DNA of 35,411 bases from Paraglomus brasilianum (Eukaryota). Positions within the stretch are counted from its first letter, which is position 1, and each line of letters begins with the position of its first letter. The stretch lies in contig CAJVPI010000322.1 of NCBI GenBank assembly GCA_910592345.1, positions 1-35,411 on the forward strand, given 5' to 3'. A program made the position numbers and the translations under genes. Under the pieces are notes generated by a model. That model worked only from the letters and a program-made list of their open reading frames with translations, ran no database searches and had not been told where the DNA came from. Of this stretch, positions 12,649 through 27,071 are shown piece by piece.

Positions 12649-13887
12649 GAACAAGTCTTTTTAGAACCATCTCTTGACCCCCAGGATAATCCAATTCATT
12701 GCATCGCTTTTTTACTTTTTCAAATTGCGCACGAATGACTGCACTTCATCAATTTAAAGTTATGCTTCAAACATTGAAAAACTGTGCTTAAACTGCCGCG
12801 CGGTTTACGCATGTGCAGGGAAACCGTACATCATCCATACATAGCATGCAGGCATACGCGTACACCGTGCTGATAAAATTTGTGCAACGAATGTATGTAT
12901 ATTAAAAGTAGACACTAAACAGAACAGATACAAATGGTTGCTTTTATTACATAAAAAAATTCTCCCTTTTTCGCACTGTAGAGAAAAATTAGTATATTTT
13001 ATGTTGAAATGAGCACAATTATATTATTCCTGTCAAAATTCAAAAAAAAAACTTTAGACTGTAGCATATTTTGATTCTTTTTAAGCCTTGCTGTTTAATT
13101 TATTCGTAACTTTATAGTTGGACCTGAAAGATATTAGTTCAATTACTCCATTTCTGTGTCATGGTTGACGGGAGTTTTGTCATCCCGGTCTCTCGATTAT
13201 TCAATTTGGCTTAAGGCCAATTTTTTTCCCTCAAGTTTAATATTTAAAATTTCTCCACAAGTCGGTCTACCATGCATAACTGACTTGTCGAGTTTGCTCA
13301 TTCTTTCGCCGTTAAAACATTCCAAATGTAACTTTTCTGTTATATCGTTTACCAATCTTGCGCCATCTTACTGTCTATGATTAAATTTATTATGCGGAGC
13401 CATTAATTTGAGATTATTGTAGATAAATGCTCTATTTATATTTCTCGTTTGATACAAGCTATCAAGTTTATTATAGAAAATAGGGTTATGTTTGTTGCTA
13501 AATGAATAAAATCTATTCGGACAATTATCATGAATATTACGTGTTTATTTATTATCTACGCAATTGGAGTTAATCTCTTCGGGATTAAAAAAATCGCCGC
13601 AAAAGGCAATAAATATAAACGGTCCAATCAACTAGCGTTTATTGTTGGCAAAATTGGAGTTAAGGAATTAGAAGCTCGGACGTCCTGGCATGGTGTAGAC
13701 TTGTCAAGCTTTATCAAGTTTCAATCACAAATGTAACTATCACCAAGTTCGTTAATGAACGAATTTTGCGATTACAGATGGCTTCTTCTATATAAAAGGT
13801 GCATGTTGTATTGTACCTCTTTGCATACTATGTGACCATTATCGCGCTATAGTACATATCTTGATTTATTATCCATATTGACGTCGC

Positions 13888-14072
13888 GTTGTCGTTGTTG
13901 TTGTTGCTGTTGTTGCTGTTGCTGTTGCTATTGTTGCTGCTGTTGTTGCTGTTGTTGTTGCTGTTGTTGCTGCTGTTGTTGCTGTTGTTGCTGCTGTTGT
14001 TGCTGTTGCTGTTGCTGTTGTTGCTGTTGCTGTTGTTGCTGTTGCTGCTGTTGTTGCTGCTGTTGTTGTTGT
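13888..14072. repeat. Compound (GTT/GCT)n trinucleotide microsatellite, ~185 bp
   Basis: Direct reading. It produces the low-complexity ORFs in the track. Confidence 0.95.
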
Positions 14073-15817
14073 CACATTTTAAGATTGCTGTGCATGTGAC
14101 ATACATAGTATTATCATAAATTCAGAATATTCTAGTGCATAGGACAGGAAAGCTGTTCAAGAGTGCCAACATGCATGTCGTAATGAATGTGTTATCTCTT
14201 ATACATTTGTATTTATACATGTTTGTATACAGAGTTGCTTTTGATCAACGTCCATTTGCGATTGTTGCAGTCTTGTGCTATCACGCGGCAGCAAGGATGA
14301 TCAATGATAGACCATATTAATATAATGCGAGCAAATCTCTACGACTATGCCATAAAAACATCTAAAATTATCCTATCAGTGATCGTAACCTCTGGCCAGT
14401 TAAATGCAGCCGTCTGAAGAGAGGTGACCATGTGGTTGGACAGACGGCCCTTATCTTATCTTTCGGAACAATGTTTGTACTCGTGATGATTGATGGGAAA
14501 TTAGCAAGATAAGTATGATATGCCTAAATAGAACATATTCGATAAAAGAGTAAACGTGATCATAATAATGCAAAGATTATACCGAATTACATCATATCTT
14601 GAAATTTGATAGAAAACTTTCGGGAACATGCGATACAATATATTAATGTAGTATAATATTATTCGTACAAAGTAATAAGCTTATCTAGTCTTATCTTTGG
14701 TTGTGTATGGCAAGCTATTTACTAATTACTAATTACCGGTGTTGTATAGAAATCTGTGTACGACTGATAAGAAGGTACGTCGCATGACCTTCATATTCAC
14801 AGTCACATTTAGTAATTAGTATTGTTGACGAAGAGAAGCAGTGAATGAATAGTTGTCTGGTGATTCCGAGTTGAGAAATTGCCCTTTACAAAACCAAGCA
14901 GACAATGGCCAAGAGCGTATCAATGTCTCGCTATTACTATAGGAAGGTTATATGTGCCCTGTACTATGTATGTAATGTATTTATTTATATTGATTCCTGT
15001 GCTCCTTATTTATTTACTATTTATTTATTTACGGTCTATCACTTAGACTCACCTGGTTGTCTGCATCAAACAAATTCGGCATTGCTGAACAATAACAAAA
15101 CAGAAAACTCTCCGAACATATTACATGCCTTTTGTAGATCAGCATTCGACCTACCACACAAGGGGCTAGAACTTACTTACTGTACGCTATATATGTTAGA
15201 AGGTATTAATAGATATTATCATGGACATATAAACGTTAGCCACGGCCAATCGTATTGGACAATGTGCGCTTCTCAGGCCAAGTTATTTTACCCAAATCTA
15301 TAACACACCAATATTTGATAAGGCCCTTTTACGCAATCAGGGGGTTTGCATCTGTTGTTTACCAATGTCACTTGACATACGATACGATTATCAGCTATTC
15401 ATTGATATTTACTCTCCGCCATGTGGAATGGTTTGTTTATCAATCATTTGTTTACCATGTCGATATAAAGTAAATATGTCTGTATACTGAACAAACACAA
15501 TGTAAAAGAAGAAAAGACAGTATTTATAAGTATTTGGTTGACATTACATTATAAAGACTCTCACTGTCATGTTGATTTCTTTCTCAATTTCCAAAGGGAC
15601 TTTCTTGCATCCAGCCCCCCCATCATAGACGCCCATTGGTAATGAACCTCGGGTTCATTTACACAAGAACCCCAAAAGGTTTCAGACGAGTCCCTAAATT
15701 TTCGGAAAAAAGATACGATCGACTAATATAGGATAATTTTGACAACTCAGCCAAGGCCAAAAATAGCATCATGCATAACCCACCCCATGAATGCTCAATC
15801 ATTGTACAAAATATTTG

Positions 15818-15905
15818 CAAAAAAAAAAAAAAAAAAGAAGAAAAAAAAAGAGGAAAAAAAAAGGAAAAAAAAAAAAGAGAATATGGGGGAGTGAAAAAAA
15901 AAAAG
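15818..15905. repeat. A-rich purine tract
   Basis: Long A runs interrupted mostly by G/GG. Confidence 0.85.
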
Positions 15906-16896
15906 AGACGAATTACGTATAATAATATCACTAAAGAGTCTTATCAAGCAGGGGGCAGAACATAAACTCAGATATAGATGAGATGCAGTAAAGATAAATG
16001 CAAGAAAGATAAACGCAAGGGGTTACATACAATTAATATGCTGCTTACTATATAAAGATAAAATTGACACCTGAACACATATATAATAATAATGATGATA
16101 ATCTTATTGTAATATGTATTGTGCGCCATTCATTTGTTTAAATTGTCATCATTGCTATATCACATGATATGCGAAGTGGCGTTCGAGAGAGCAATAAACG
16201 TCCAAGCACAGAAAGTTAATGCATGCAAGAACAAGAGCATAAATACAATATTATCTCTTTTCCGGTCGTAATGAAGTCAAACATATCCGGCAATTCTCGT
16301 GGTCCCGAGTTCCGAAACGCAAGCATTCATCTCATCGGATGAACGTTCGTGTCACAATCACAGCGCAAGTTGACGGATAAAGTTTGTCATGATTAACGTG
16401 AAGAAAGATGGCTTTGCGTGAACATTCTTCTTAAGGAATTTTCAATTATATTGTATCTTACAATGCTTGAAGCATGTGCCTACAATGGATGATTACTAGA
16501 GCAAGATTGAGCGGATATTTGTTAACAGAATTAGGCAAGTAATTTGAGAATAGTCCAACATAGCTTATTGGTAAATGGCTGCGACTATTTTATGTCCTCA
16601 GTTTAGGCAACCGGCAACAATATTGTCGTACGTTTACGACAAACCGCACTATCATCCGGATGATGTTGACAACAACAAAATTGGATTGTATCTCCAAATT
16701 AAAAATATGACTGCACTTGTATTTTTTGGGGGAGGGGATTCAATATTCAAAAAACATCTATGGTCTGGCCGGCCTGATTTACCGAAAGATCTAGATGTGT
16801 TTGCATGCAGGTACAGTCCAAATGTGGATTTAAGGGGCGCTTGAGTAAACCCTGTTTATCCCTCCCGCAGGTAAATTTTGATCATAAATGCTTAAT

Positions 16897-17869
16897 TCAT
16901 GTCTTCGAAAATGAACGACCGATAGTTTTAGTAGAAAAAAAGAGCAATGGGGACCACGGATTATAACCTATAAATAAACTTTTGAGACTATAATGATGAT
17001 TATGAATTAAACTTTCTCGATCGGAAATAGTCGGTTTTCTAATGTCAACAAAAACTCTATAGCAGATAAACAGTTTAAGCATGTTTTATGCCAACATTAA
17101 TACTTGAAACATACGGTTTCTGCACCCGCTGTTCTTGATACCAAAAGACAGCCATGATTGGTTCTTTTGACTTTATTCTTTAACACATTTCTCTCTTTTT
17201 TAATTAATCCATGACGCACTACATAATTACTCGTGTGCTACTTATTCAACGCGGGATCGACGTTGCATTTTAATTTCTGCAAAAAGCTTCCGAGTTGATT
17301 GATAAGACGTTTATGGAAGGAATAAGAATAAAACACTATTGGTTATAGATGTGAGGAGTAAGAGGAAACAAATTTTGTGTAGAAAGAAAAACACCATGGA
17401 AACAATAAGTGTATGAAACCATAAATTAAAATTGATATATTCCCAACAACAAAACTGTGTGTTTCATATCGGATAATGTTAATTGAAATTTGGCTTGATC
17501 GCCATAGGTTTGATTTGTCTGTTAATGGTGTTAAAATTACAGCGAAAGGCTGCTGCGTAGAGTTAATGAAAGCACGCCAAGCAAATACGGTACATTCTGT
17601 AATTGGTGAAATTATAATACCCGAATAGAGTCAATAAGAGAAATTTGGAGGAAACGAGTAAACGAGTAAATAGGCAGCGACAAATGAAACAGTAATTTGA
17701 GTATAGAGTTTGATGATATCCAATAGCTGCTCTTTGTGTCTCCACAATTCTGAGGGTCAAGATAACCGTTCTGTTTAGTAATAGCTTCTTTTCTCAATTC
17801 GGAATAAAATAATTGTTTACATCCGATTAGATTGTTTTGCGGTTCGTAACTCAGACTATCGTTCTTCAT
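16897..17869 (-). pseudogene. Relic B of the same unidentified protein family (~320 codons, frameshifted)
   Basis: ATG at 17869. Three same-strand ORF pieces (17612-17869, 17563-17760, 16897-17082) plus short intervening open stretches. Motifs LIGC, GYLDPQN, SYW, YRICLAC, TYG, IRKPTI. Confidence 0.45.
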
Positions 17870-20800
17870 GGACCCCCGCTCATCGGAACTTTTAATCGGG
17901 AAAAAAAAGGGGGTAGGTCTAAGTTTATATCATTAATAATGGTAATTAATATAGAGATTTGACCAAAAAATCCCGCTATTCACGAGGGGGGGATATCCGT
18001 AATTTCTTCACTGCTCCTCGTTGCTTGCGGGAACTTTGCCCGACTATACCCGACCCTATATTAACATGATTATCATCCACCGTCATTTGTTACAAACGAG
18101 TTTAATTTCTTGTTCAATAATAAATCAATTACGAATGATTGGTTAGAACAGAAAGTTGCCTTCCATGATGAATGATGCCAAGGTCATGATGAATTTGAAA
18201 TCACGCTGAAGCAAGGACGAGCGATGTTATGCACTTGTCGTATCTCGGAATATGTTCTAGCTTGGCATTGTGAGATCGTAATATATAAAAGAACAAAAGC
18301 AATATGTGTCATTGGTATACAAGATTAATTAAGTATACCATCGTGCATTTGGGGTGCATAGAGGTTTGGGGTATACAGGCATTGCCCACTTTTGTTTTGG
18401 GACTCCCTATTGATGTTCTCTCTTGTGTGTAATGTGTAATTGTTATTAGTGACACCTATGCTGAACGCCCCTAATGTTCATCGGGCAAATCATCAAGTAT
18501 CCGAAGAATTAATAATTCCTGTTATGTTCAAGGTGGGAGGTCGGTCGAAATTTAAGCTGGTTGATTCGATTGCTAGGACCCTACTCGATTTGTCGTCAAG
18601 TGAGCACCCTTTCTGCTACACTTACCCCAATTTTTTGTTATACTCTAGTACTACACTTTTGCGTTCGAGAATATCATTTTCAATTATAATCTGGTTCCGC
18701 GTGGTATATGGGTATTATAAAATGAGAAATAAAGTACCAATCTACTGAATGTGAACACTGTAGAGACTGGTGAAGCAAATGTATATATTAAACGGTATAG
18801 CATGTCGCGTGATCAAAACCAAGAATATGATGCATATGCATTACTATTTATGGATTTTTGTTTATTGATCAATGGGTAGAGGATACGAGAATAGCCATTA
18901 ACCTGATTCCTAGCGCAGCCTTTGAAGTATGTGTTTAATTACTATTATATTGACAATCATTACTCTATTCATTTGTCGCGTATTCAGAAAAGCAATTAAT
19001 CTCGAACACAGATTATTGTCAAAAAGACAAATCCAGTAATGATTTTTGATGGAAGTGTCAGTTAGAAAAAAAGAATACTGTTCAACAATTGTCGATGTAG
19101 CTCAATGCTAAGTAAAGTAAATTATAAATTTAGCACAATCAAAAATTACAAGGGGATCTTGGCTTTATCCATAGATAGTTATACACAGGGAATACCCGAC
19201 TAATTAATGTGATATGCTTGCGTATCACATAATTAATATCTACAATTGATTGGCTTATCCAGCTGGACTTGCTAATCTCCACTTCTTTAATAATCTTTAA
19301 TAACCATTAATTTAATTTATGATCCTACTCATGTTCTCTTGCCAATTCTTGCTTACATGAAAGTTGCCATATTCCAATAAACACATTGGAATAAAGGCGT
19401 TTGTTTATTTGGTATCCAAGTTATACAAGAAAGCTACTTTATATTTGGCATTAAATCTGTTTTTTGAGAACAGAGAGGTTCGTTACTATAAATGGTAATA
19501 GGCCATCGATGATTGATATGACAAGAGAATACAAAAATTAAGAGCTACAAAGTTAAAATAACACAAGTCAATGAATAGAATTCGATTTGTTAATGCGGAT
19601 ATAAGACGGAGCACCGCACAAATTAGTAACCAAAAACGAGGTATCAGTATGAACGGGTTGCGGTTGGATTTTCCTACAAATAATTATTCTCGTATTTAAT
19701 TTTTTGGATTCTCATATCAAATATGCGTCTCCAATAGTCGAACGCGCACATCTCACCTCAATCATAGAATATTAGCTAGGTAGTTAAATTACTCCATTTG
19801 GAAAAACTTTACACCTGCGACGCTGAAACCATTGTCACATCCAGCAAAATAATAAGACTACAAGATAGCTTACCAAATGATGTGTAAGCGTACAAATTAA
19901 GGAGAAAAACGTAGTCGTTTGTTGGTACTCGTTCAACTTGCTTGCTCTCCCCTGTCCTTCATTCCTTCATTCTGCCCACATTCACATGGAACACGAGCTT
20001 TACTCTAGTTAAACAGATTTGGAACGTCTGATACAAGCTGTAATAATGGTACTCGCTTGCCTCAGATGATAGGCTATGCCATTATGGTTAATGGGTATGC
20101 ATTCTAAGATACACGTTAAACAACATATAAACTAAAACAAAGGTTTATAACTTGTAAATTCATTTATCGTAATGTATTAGTAATACTGTCCGCTGCTTTT
20201 TCTTCGGAGCTAGCGCAATTGCTCTGAAACAGTGACTGTGTCGCAAAGAAAAATGTCAGAGAACGATGAGTGTTGTTAACATGTATAGCAAGTCCCTATG
20301 TTAATTGTAGTTTGGATTGTAACACGATACATACTGGTACGACAAAAGCCGATCGAACTAGGGAGAGCGTCATATTCAATTCATAGTATGCACTTGAAGA
20401 ATCACTGACAACAAACAAACAAACAAACAAATATCATCCGACAAACAACGACTGTTTATTTGCAAGTAAGCGTAGAGGAGAAAAAGGGGAAAGCCAATGT
20501 GGCGGATTGACAAGTACAAACATAAATACTCGGACGAGAATGAATGATACAACACAAATTTACTTGACGGATGCTTGCATGGCGATTGTGGATCAATTAT
20601 GCCTACCTCACCGTTTCATAGTCAATGTTGAGTAATGCATGTGAGATGCCGTTGTATAAGGTAATATCATACACTTTTCGTGACTGCTTTTTCAAGTTTG
20701 GGAAAACTATAAGACTAAGAGCGCAGTGATTATAGTTACACTATTCGTTTCAATAGGGTGTACTATAATTGTTCACATATTCTCAATCTTGCTCACCCCC

Positions 20801-23800
20801 TCTGCATTACGGGGATGTTGACTTAATGTGAGAAATAAATAAGTACTTTATCTATAGAACGTATTTAAATGACAAACAAGCATAAGTTATCTCCAAATAC
20901 CCGAACTTGACATGCTTCCAATTTCCTAATTCCTCCCAATTCTCCTATTTTTATCCTTGTCCTACACTTAAATACTCTCGTCACTTGTCTATCCAATGAA
21001 TAACGAACAAACACATGCGCCATATCGGAAATAGGGTTAACAATGTTAACGTTCATGTAAACCTTACAAACTTAGTGTATGATAAGGGGAAACTCTATAA
21101 AAGCTTGAGAAACAAGCCTACAACGCAACGCACCCCAAAAAGTTGTGATCGACATACTATGTAGTCTGTATGAAACACGTGATGCTTTAGGGACCTTTAA
21201 CCTATGTCTTTCTACTATTGACAATTGCTAACGGGTCTCTATTAACGGCTAATCTGACCACGACAAGTGTCTTGTTTGTTGTTGTTGCTCAAACTGAATG
21301 GTCACAAGCGGGTCAGATGACTACTGTTGTATCATTATTATTATACATCCTATTGGTGTGTCCATCCAGATTAGATAACAATTGACAGATGAACGATCAA
21401 CTGTTGATGAGATTACTGCCTGAAATTGCTAATCGTAGTATTCTCGCTATGTCATCATTATTGGTAAGGTAAAAAATAGAAATCGGTTGCATATATGCAG
21501 AGGATAAATTGTGTAATTATGGTTGCATTGTTTGTGTTATATAGTATCAGAATGCGATGCTGATCAAAGAGGTTCGCTGTGATTGATCGACTATCAATAT
21601 CATTTGAATGCCAAAAGTATTTCATTCCAATAACTATGTAAGAAATTGTCGATTAGACACGGCAATATAAGTATATGGATTCCGCAATATTGGATAATCT
21701 ACTGCATATCATTGTGTGATGATATGTAACATATTATCGGTCATGTGTTCATACAAGATCCCCATTTACCTAATCTGCTCAGCCATTCGAAGCGCCTTCA
21801 TCAGTAATACAAGATGCCACTTGTCTGCCGGAATATATTGTAATAGTGTCTAACCATATTTGGAAATTATTAGACAGCCAAATAGACTTTTATAGAGATA
21901 CGTCGATCTTTCATGATAGAATCAATTTGAGACAAGTTATACAAGATATGCTTTATCATTCTATTCTGGGTTATCAGTAATTACATCGCCATTAATAATT
22001 AGCAAACTAGACGCAATTGGACGTAGGATTGTGTGGATCATATATTTACATTAGACAAACCATTATGGGTATGTAATATTATCTGACATTTCTATTGTTG
22101 ACTAATTCGTAATTCGGAATATTTTTATACCAAAGCATTGTTAGTGACGCGTGGCATCTATTGATTCGGAATAACTTTTAATGGCCATAATATCGCCAAG
22201 ACTACTAACCATCCGAAGAAATCCAGTTATGGAAAAACGAGTTATTGAATACCATTATTGCTTATAGTTACCACTTAGTAGTAAAGTCACGTGAGATAAC
22301 ACCTATCCGAAAATAGCCTCACGAAATACTTTAAGACATCTATCACACATGCAGAAATCAATACTCTTGAATATCAAGATCAGAGACCAAAGAAGCATCT
22401 TTTGTAGTCATACGCCTTATTATCAACTTTGGTTTACTAGAATTAATATAATCACGCTTATAAAACGTATAATACGATTGTTAACATGCTGGGAAACGCG
22501 GCAGTTGCTCTCACCAAGATGTTCAATATCACCAAGTAGGCTTATGCAAGGTTGTTCTGGGAGAATAATAATTACTTTCTTAATGTCTGCAATTTATTTG
22601 TAATTAATTACCATTGCTGAATGATGTGGGACGATGATATGATACACTCATGAACACATAGATTGTATGATAGTATATTGAAATACAACCATATTTGAAA
22701 CTATAAATGAAACAACTTAATAAATTATATTAACTAAACAAGATGTTACGAAGATGCATTCTTTATTGGGACATACTCTAGTTGTGAAAATCCTAAAACC
22801 CATGTAAAAAGACTCGATCTTCGAATTATTTTGTCCTGCGAGCATTAATGTATACCAATTTATACCGGATATACATCACCGCATTTTATATCAGACGTAT
22901 TATTACCATTATGTCACTTGCCAAAAGCAGCGATATCACTAACAAATAGAAAGAACATGTCTGTTGGATCTGTGTGTGAAAATCTGGAATAAAGGTCCAA
23001 TAACTGAATGTGATACAATTGCCCGGGTCTGGCTGAGGAGAGGGAGCATGGGAGTATTAAGGATTTGTTTTACACTTTTTACACTTGCTGCGTTTGGTGC
23101 GGACTTTAAGATCCAAGATGCGTTTTTTGTTGGCCTGGCTGATCGCAATCTTTGCGAAAGATTTTTATTGAAAAGCAGGCAGAGACTGATCAAAAATGAC
23201 ACTCCACTTTATCGTTATTACCATTGCCATTGTGATTTGCCATCATGTCATTGACAGGTGGGAAGAAGAACATGTATCCATGCAGTATTCACATTCACCA
23301 ACCTATTTCCATAATAGTCTCAATCGTATGGAACGTGTGAATTTGAGGATATGCAAAATTTAAGGAAACCTTGTCACTATAATAGCATATGATTCAGAAA
23401 ACCAGCCCAATGGGCTTATTCATTTACCCTTTGTATTCTTCTATTTATTAATACTTTTGTCTCGTAAGAATGAGTCGAATTTTCGTTCCCGAGCGTGCTA
23501 TTCCTGATGTTCCTGACATTCCCTGCGATTTCGTGATACTTGTAAACTACACATCATAGTGATCGGAAGATCGCGGCAAGAAGCGAACAGCGGGCGGAAT
23601 GAGCTGGCGTCAAAATTCCTTAAATCAGTTATTCTTGTGAGTAAAAAAGTTTGCGGGATGGTTGCAATACTATAATTTGAGAACGCAGAGTCTTCGGATA
23701 GATTGTGTTGTTGTAATGGGTTGATGTGCTGGTGTGTACTTTTTACGATCTAACGGAGCTCTAAGAGTGAAGAGTAGAAGATGGATTGGAGTGAGCGTTA

Positions 23801-23889
23801 GTTTGATGAAATAACAAATAGACGTTGACAGGAAAACCGATTTCTTTGTTGATGTTGATGGGAAGGGAATAGAAACAAATAATCAAATA

Positions 23890-23995
23890 AACAACAACAC
23901 AACATCAACATCAACATCAACATCAACAGCATCAACAACAACACAGCATCAACAGCATCAACAACATCAACAACATCAACAACAACATTAACAAC
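23890..23995. repeat. Degenerate (CAA/CAT/CAG)n microsatellite
   Basis: Direct reading. Confidence 0.9.
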
Positions 23996-24929
23996 GCAAA
24001 TTTATTCTAAACAATCATTTCTAATACATTAAGCAGTATATAGACAAATTGACTTCAGAACGCGATCCATTGCTCTTTTAGTCATATTTTCACCTGTCTG
24101 TCATGTATTCTTCACAGCCCAACAGTCTGGGCTGGGGAGATCGAGTGTGCATATTTATTAATAAATAACATTGGCCGATTAGTAAAGGCCTTACTTAATA
24201 TACGACGAAGGCGTACAAGTCAGACAGAGGTGGCGGATTTATACGAGAGAAAACGCTGAGAAGTATTTGCTAGCGAATCCGTTTATGAATCAAACAATAT
24301 CCCATACCATAGTACTGCTCAATTGATTGGCGATTGTGTATTCTATTCTTCTCTATACATTATGGCTTTTTCCCACCGCATAAAATGATCTCATTCTTAC
24401 CAAAATTTACTCCAAGCCACGGGGAATAGGATAAGAACTTTATAATAACTTGTATAATAGCACATTTATCACGAATATATTTATAAATGCGATTGTTATA
24501 AAAGCAGATCAGATTGATAGATAATTATACGTGTACGTTTTCCACTATAGTGAGGGTGAATGTTATAACGGGGATGGTTGGGCGCGAAGAAAGGGGTTGC
24601 CATGTTGATTGTATTTATATACTAACATAAACGGTCAATCAGAAGACCCAGCTGACAGTCCTCTTTCTAGTCCGAAGCATCTCTGCTACTTTGCCATCCG
24701 TGTTAATAGCCGATATATGTGTATTACAAAGCCCAGTGTACGCTCTCAATAGACGATAGGTATGACTTTTCGTTTTTTTGGGGGTGGTCACCAAAATGGG
24801 ATGCCCTTGATTTGGCACCCTGAAATTTATGGGGTGCAATAATTTATACATGTAAAGTGATGTATATATTTATGTGTGTTTAAAATTGACACATAGTACA
24901 CATTCAGTATAAAAAGTTTGCTACATCAA

Positions 24930-25050
24930 AGACGTATAAATAAATGATTAGTTAATAAATATAAATAAATAAATATATAATACATTCATATACATAACAA
25001 AACGGTTATATAAATAAGTCTCTTGTCCATACTCAACATCGCGCGAAAAT
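24930..25050 (+). promoter_or_regulatory. Putative forkhead-gene core promoter (TATA-like box, RYAAAYA sites, CGCGCGAAAA element)
   Basis: TATATAAA near 25007, several ATAAATA repeats at 24936-24975 and CGCGCGAAAA at 25040-25049, about 300 bp upstream of the ATG. Confidence 0.4.
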
Positions 25051-25320
25051 AAGAATTTGCTCGACGTCTTCTCGCACCTCAATTATCTTCTTTCGCATCC
25101 CATAAATATAACAAATATATATATATATCGCTTATATCGTAACTTCTAACATCGAACTTGTGACGTTTAAATTCATTCTCTTTTCCCAAAAATTTGTCAT
25201 TCTATCATCTTCTGTTATCTGTTGTGCGTAAGAACAAACATATAAACAGATTTTATTTATCAACAGCTTTAGATATACTGATAGATTCACTTCTATTTTT
25301 ACATTAACGCCTTGACTTAA

Positions 25321-26754
<1,434 letters not shown>

Positions 26755-27020
26755 TCTGCTGCTACTGATCCCCGATTCTAGTAGTCGATTTGGGGGGAAC
26801 GTATTGTATGCGTTGGTCAGCAACGAGCGTGCAGTAATGAGTGAAGACTGTGATATACAAGTTCTTAATCGGATTATATAGCTGACAAGTTTTTTTTTTT
26901 TATTATTCTGTTAATATGCTTTATATATATATATATTTTTTTTTGCATGATGTGGTTGCTAATTATTATTTGGATTGTTTAATTCTTTATATTTTCTTTC
27001 TTTTTTACATCTGTTCCTAG

Positions 27021-27071
27021 CCCCTTTCCCCTTTCCCCTTTCCCCTTCCCCTTCCCCTTCCTTTCCCCTTC
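27021..27071. repeat. (CCCCTT/CCCCTTT)n polypyrimidine repeat
   Basis: Direct reading. About 270 bp after the forkhead stop codon. Confidence 0.9.

Noticed and set aside
13150..13740. Coding-looking stretches on both strands (DGARLVND...; GVKELEARTSWHGVDL)
   Set aside because: Short and stop-interrupted, with no recognisable family.
13828..14119. Poly-N/S, poly-T/A, poly-C and poly-L ORFs
   Set aside because: Artefacts of the trinucleotide repeat. The same applies to 28559-28826 and the poly-K/F ORFs at 15659-15965.
21400..23260. Possible hidden gene (ORFs 22349, 22939, 22964 and a ~60-codon open stretch near 21800)
   Set aside because: No domain motifs, and no consistent exon chain could be built.
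27021..27071. Telomeric repeat
   Set aside because: The unit is CCCCTT(T), not CCCTAA, and the tract is internal and irregular.
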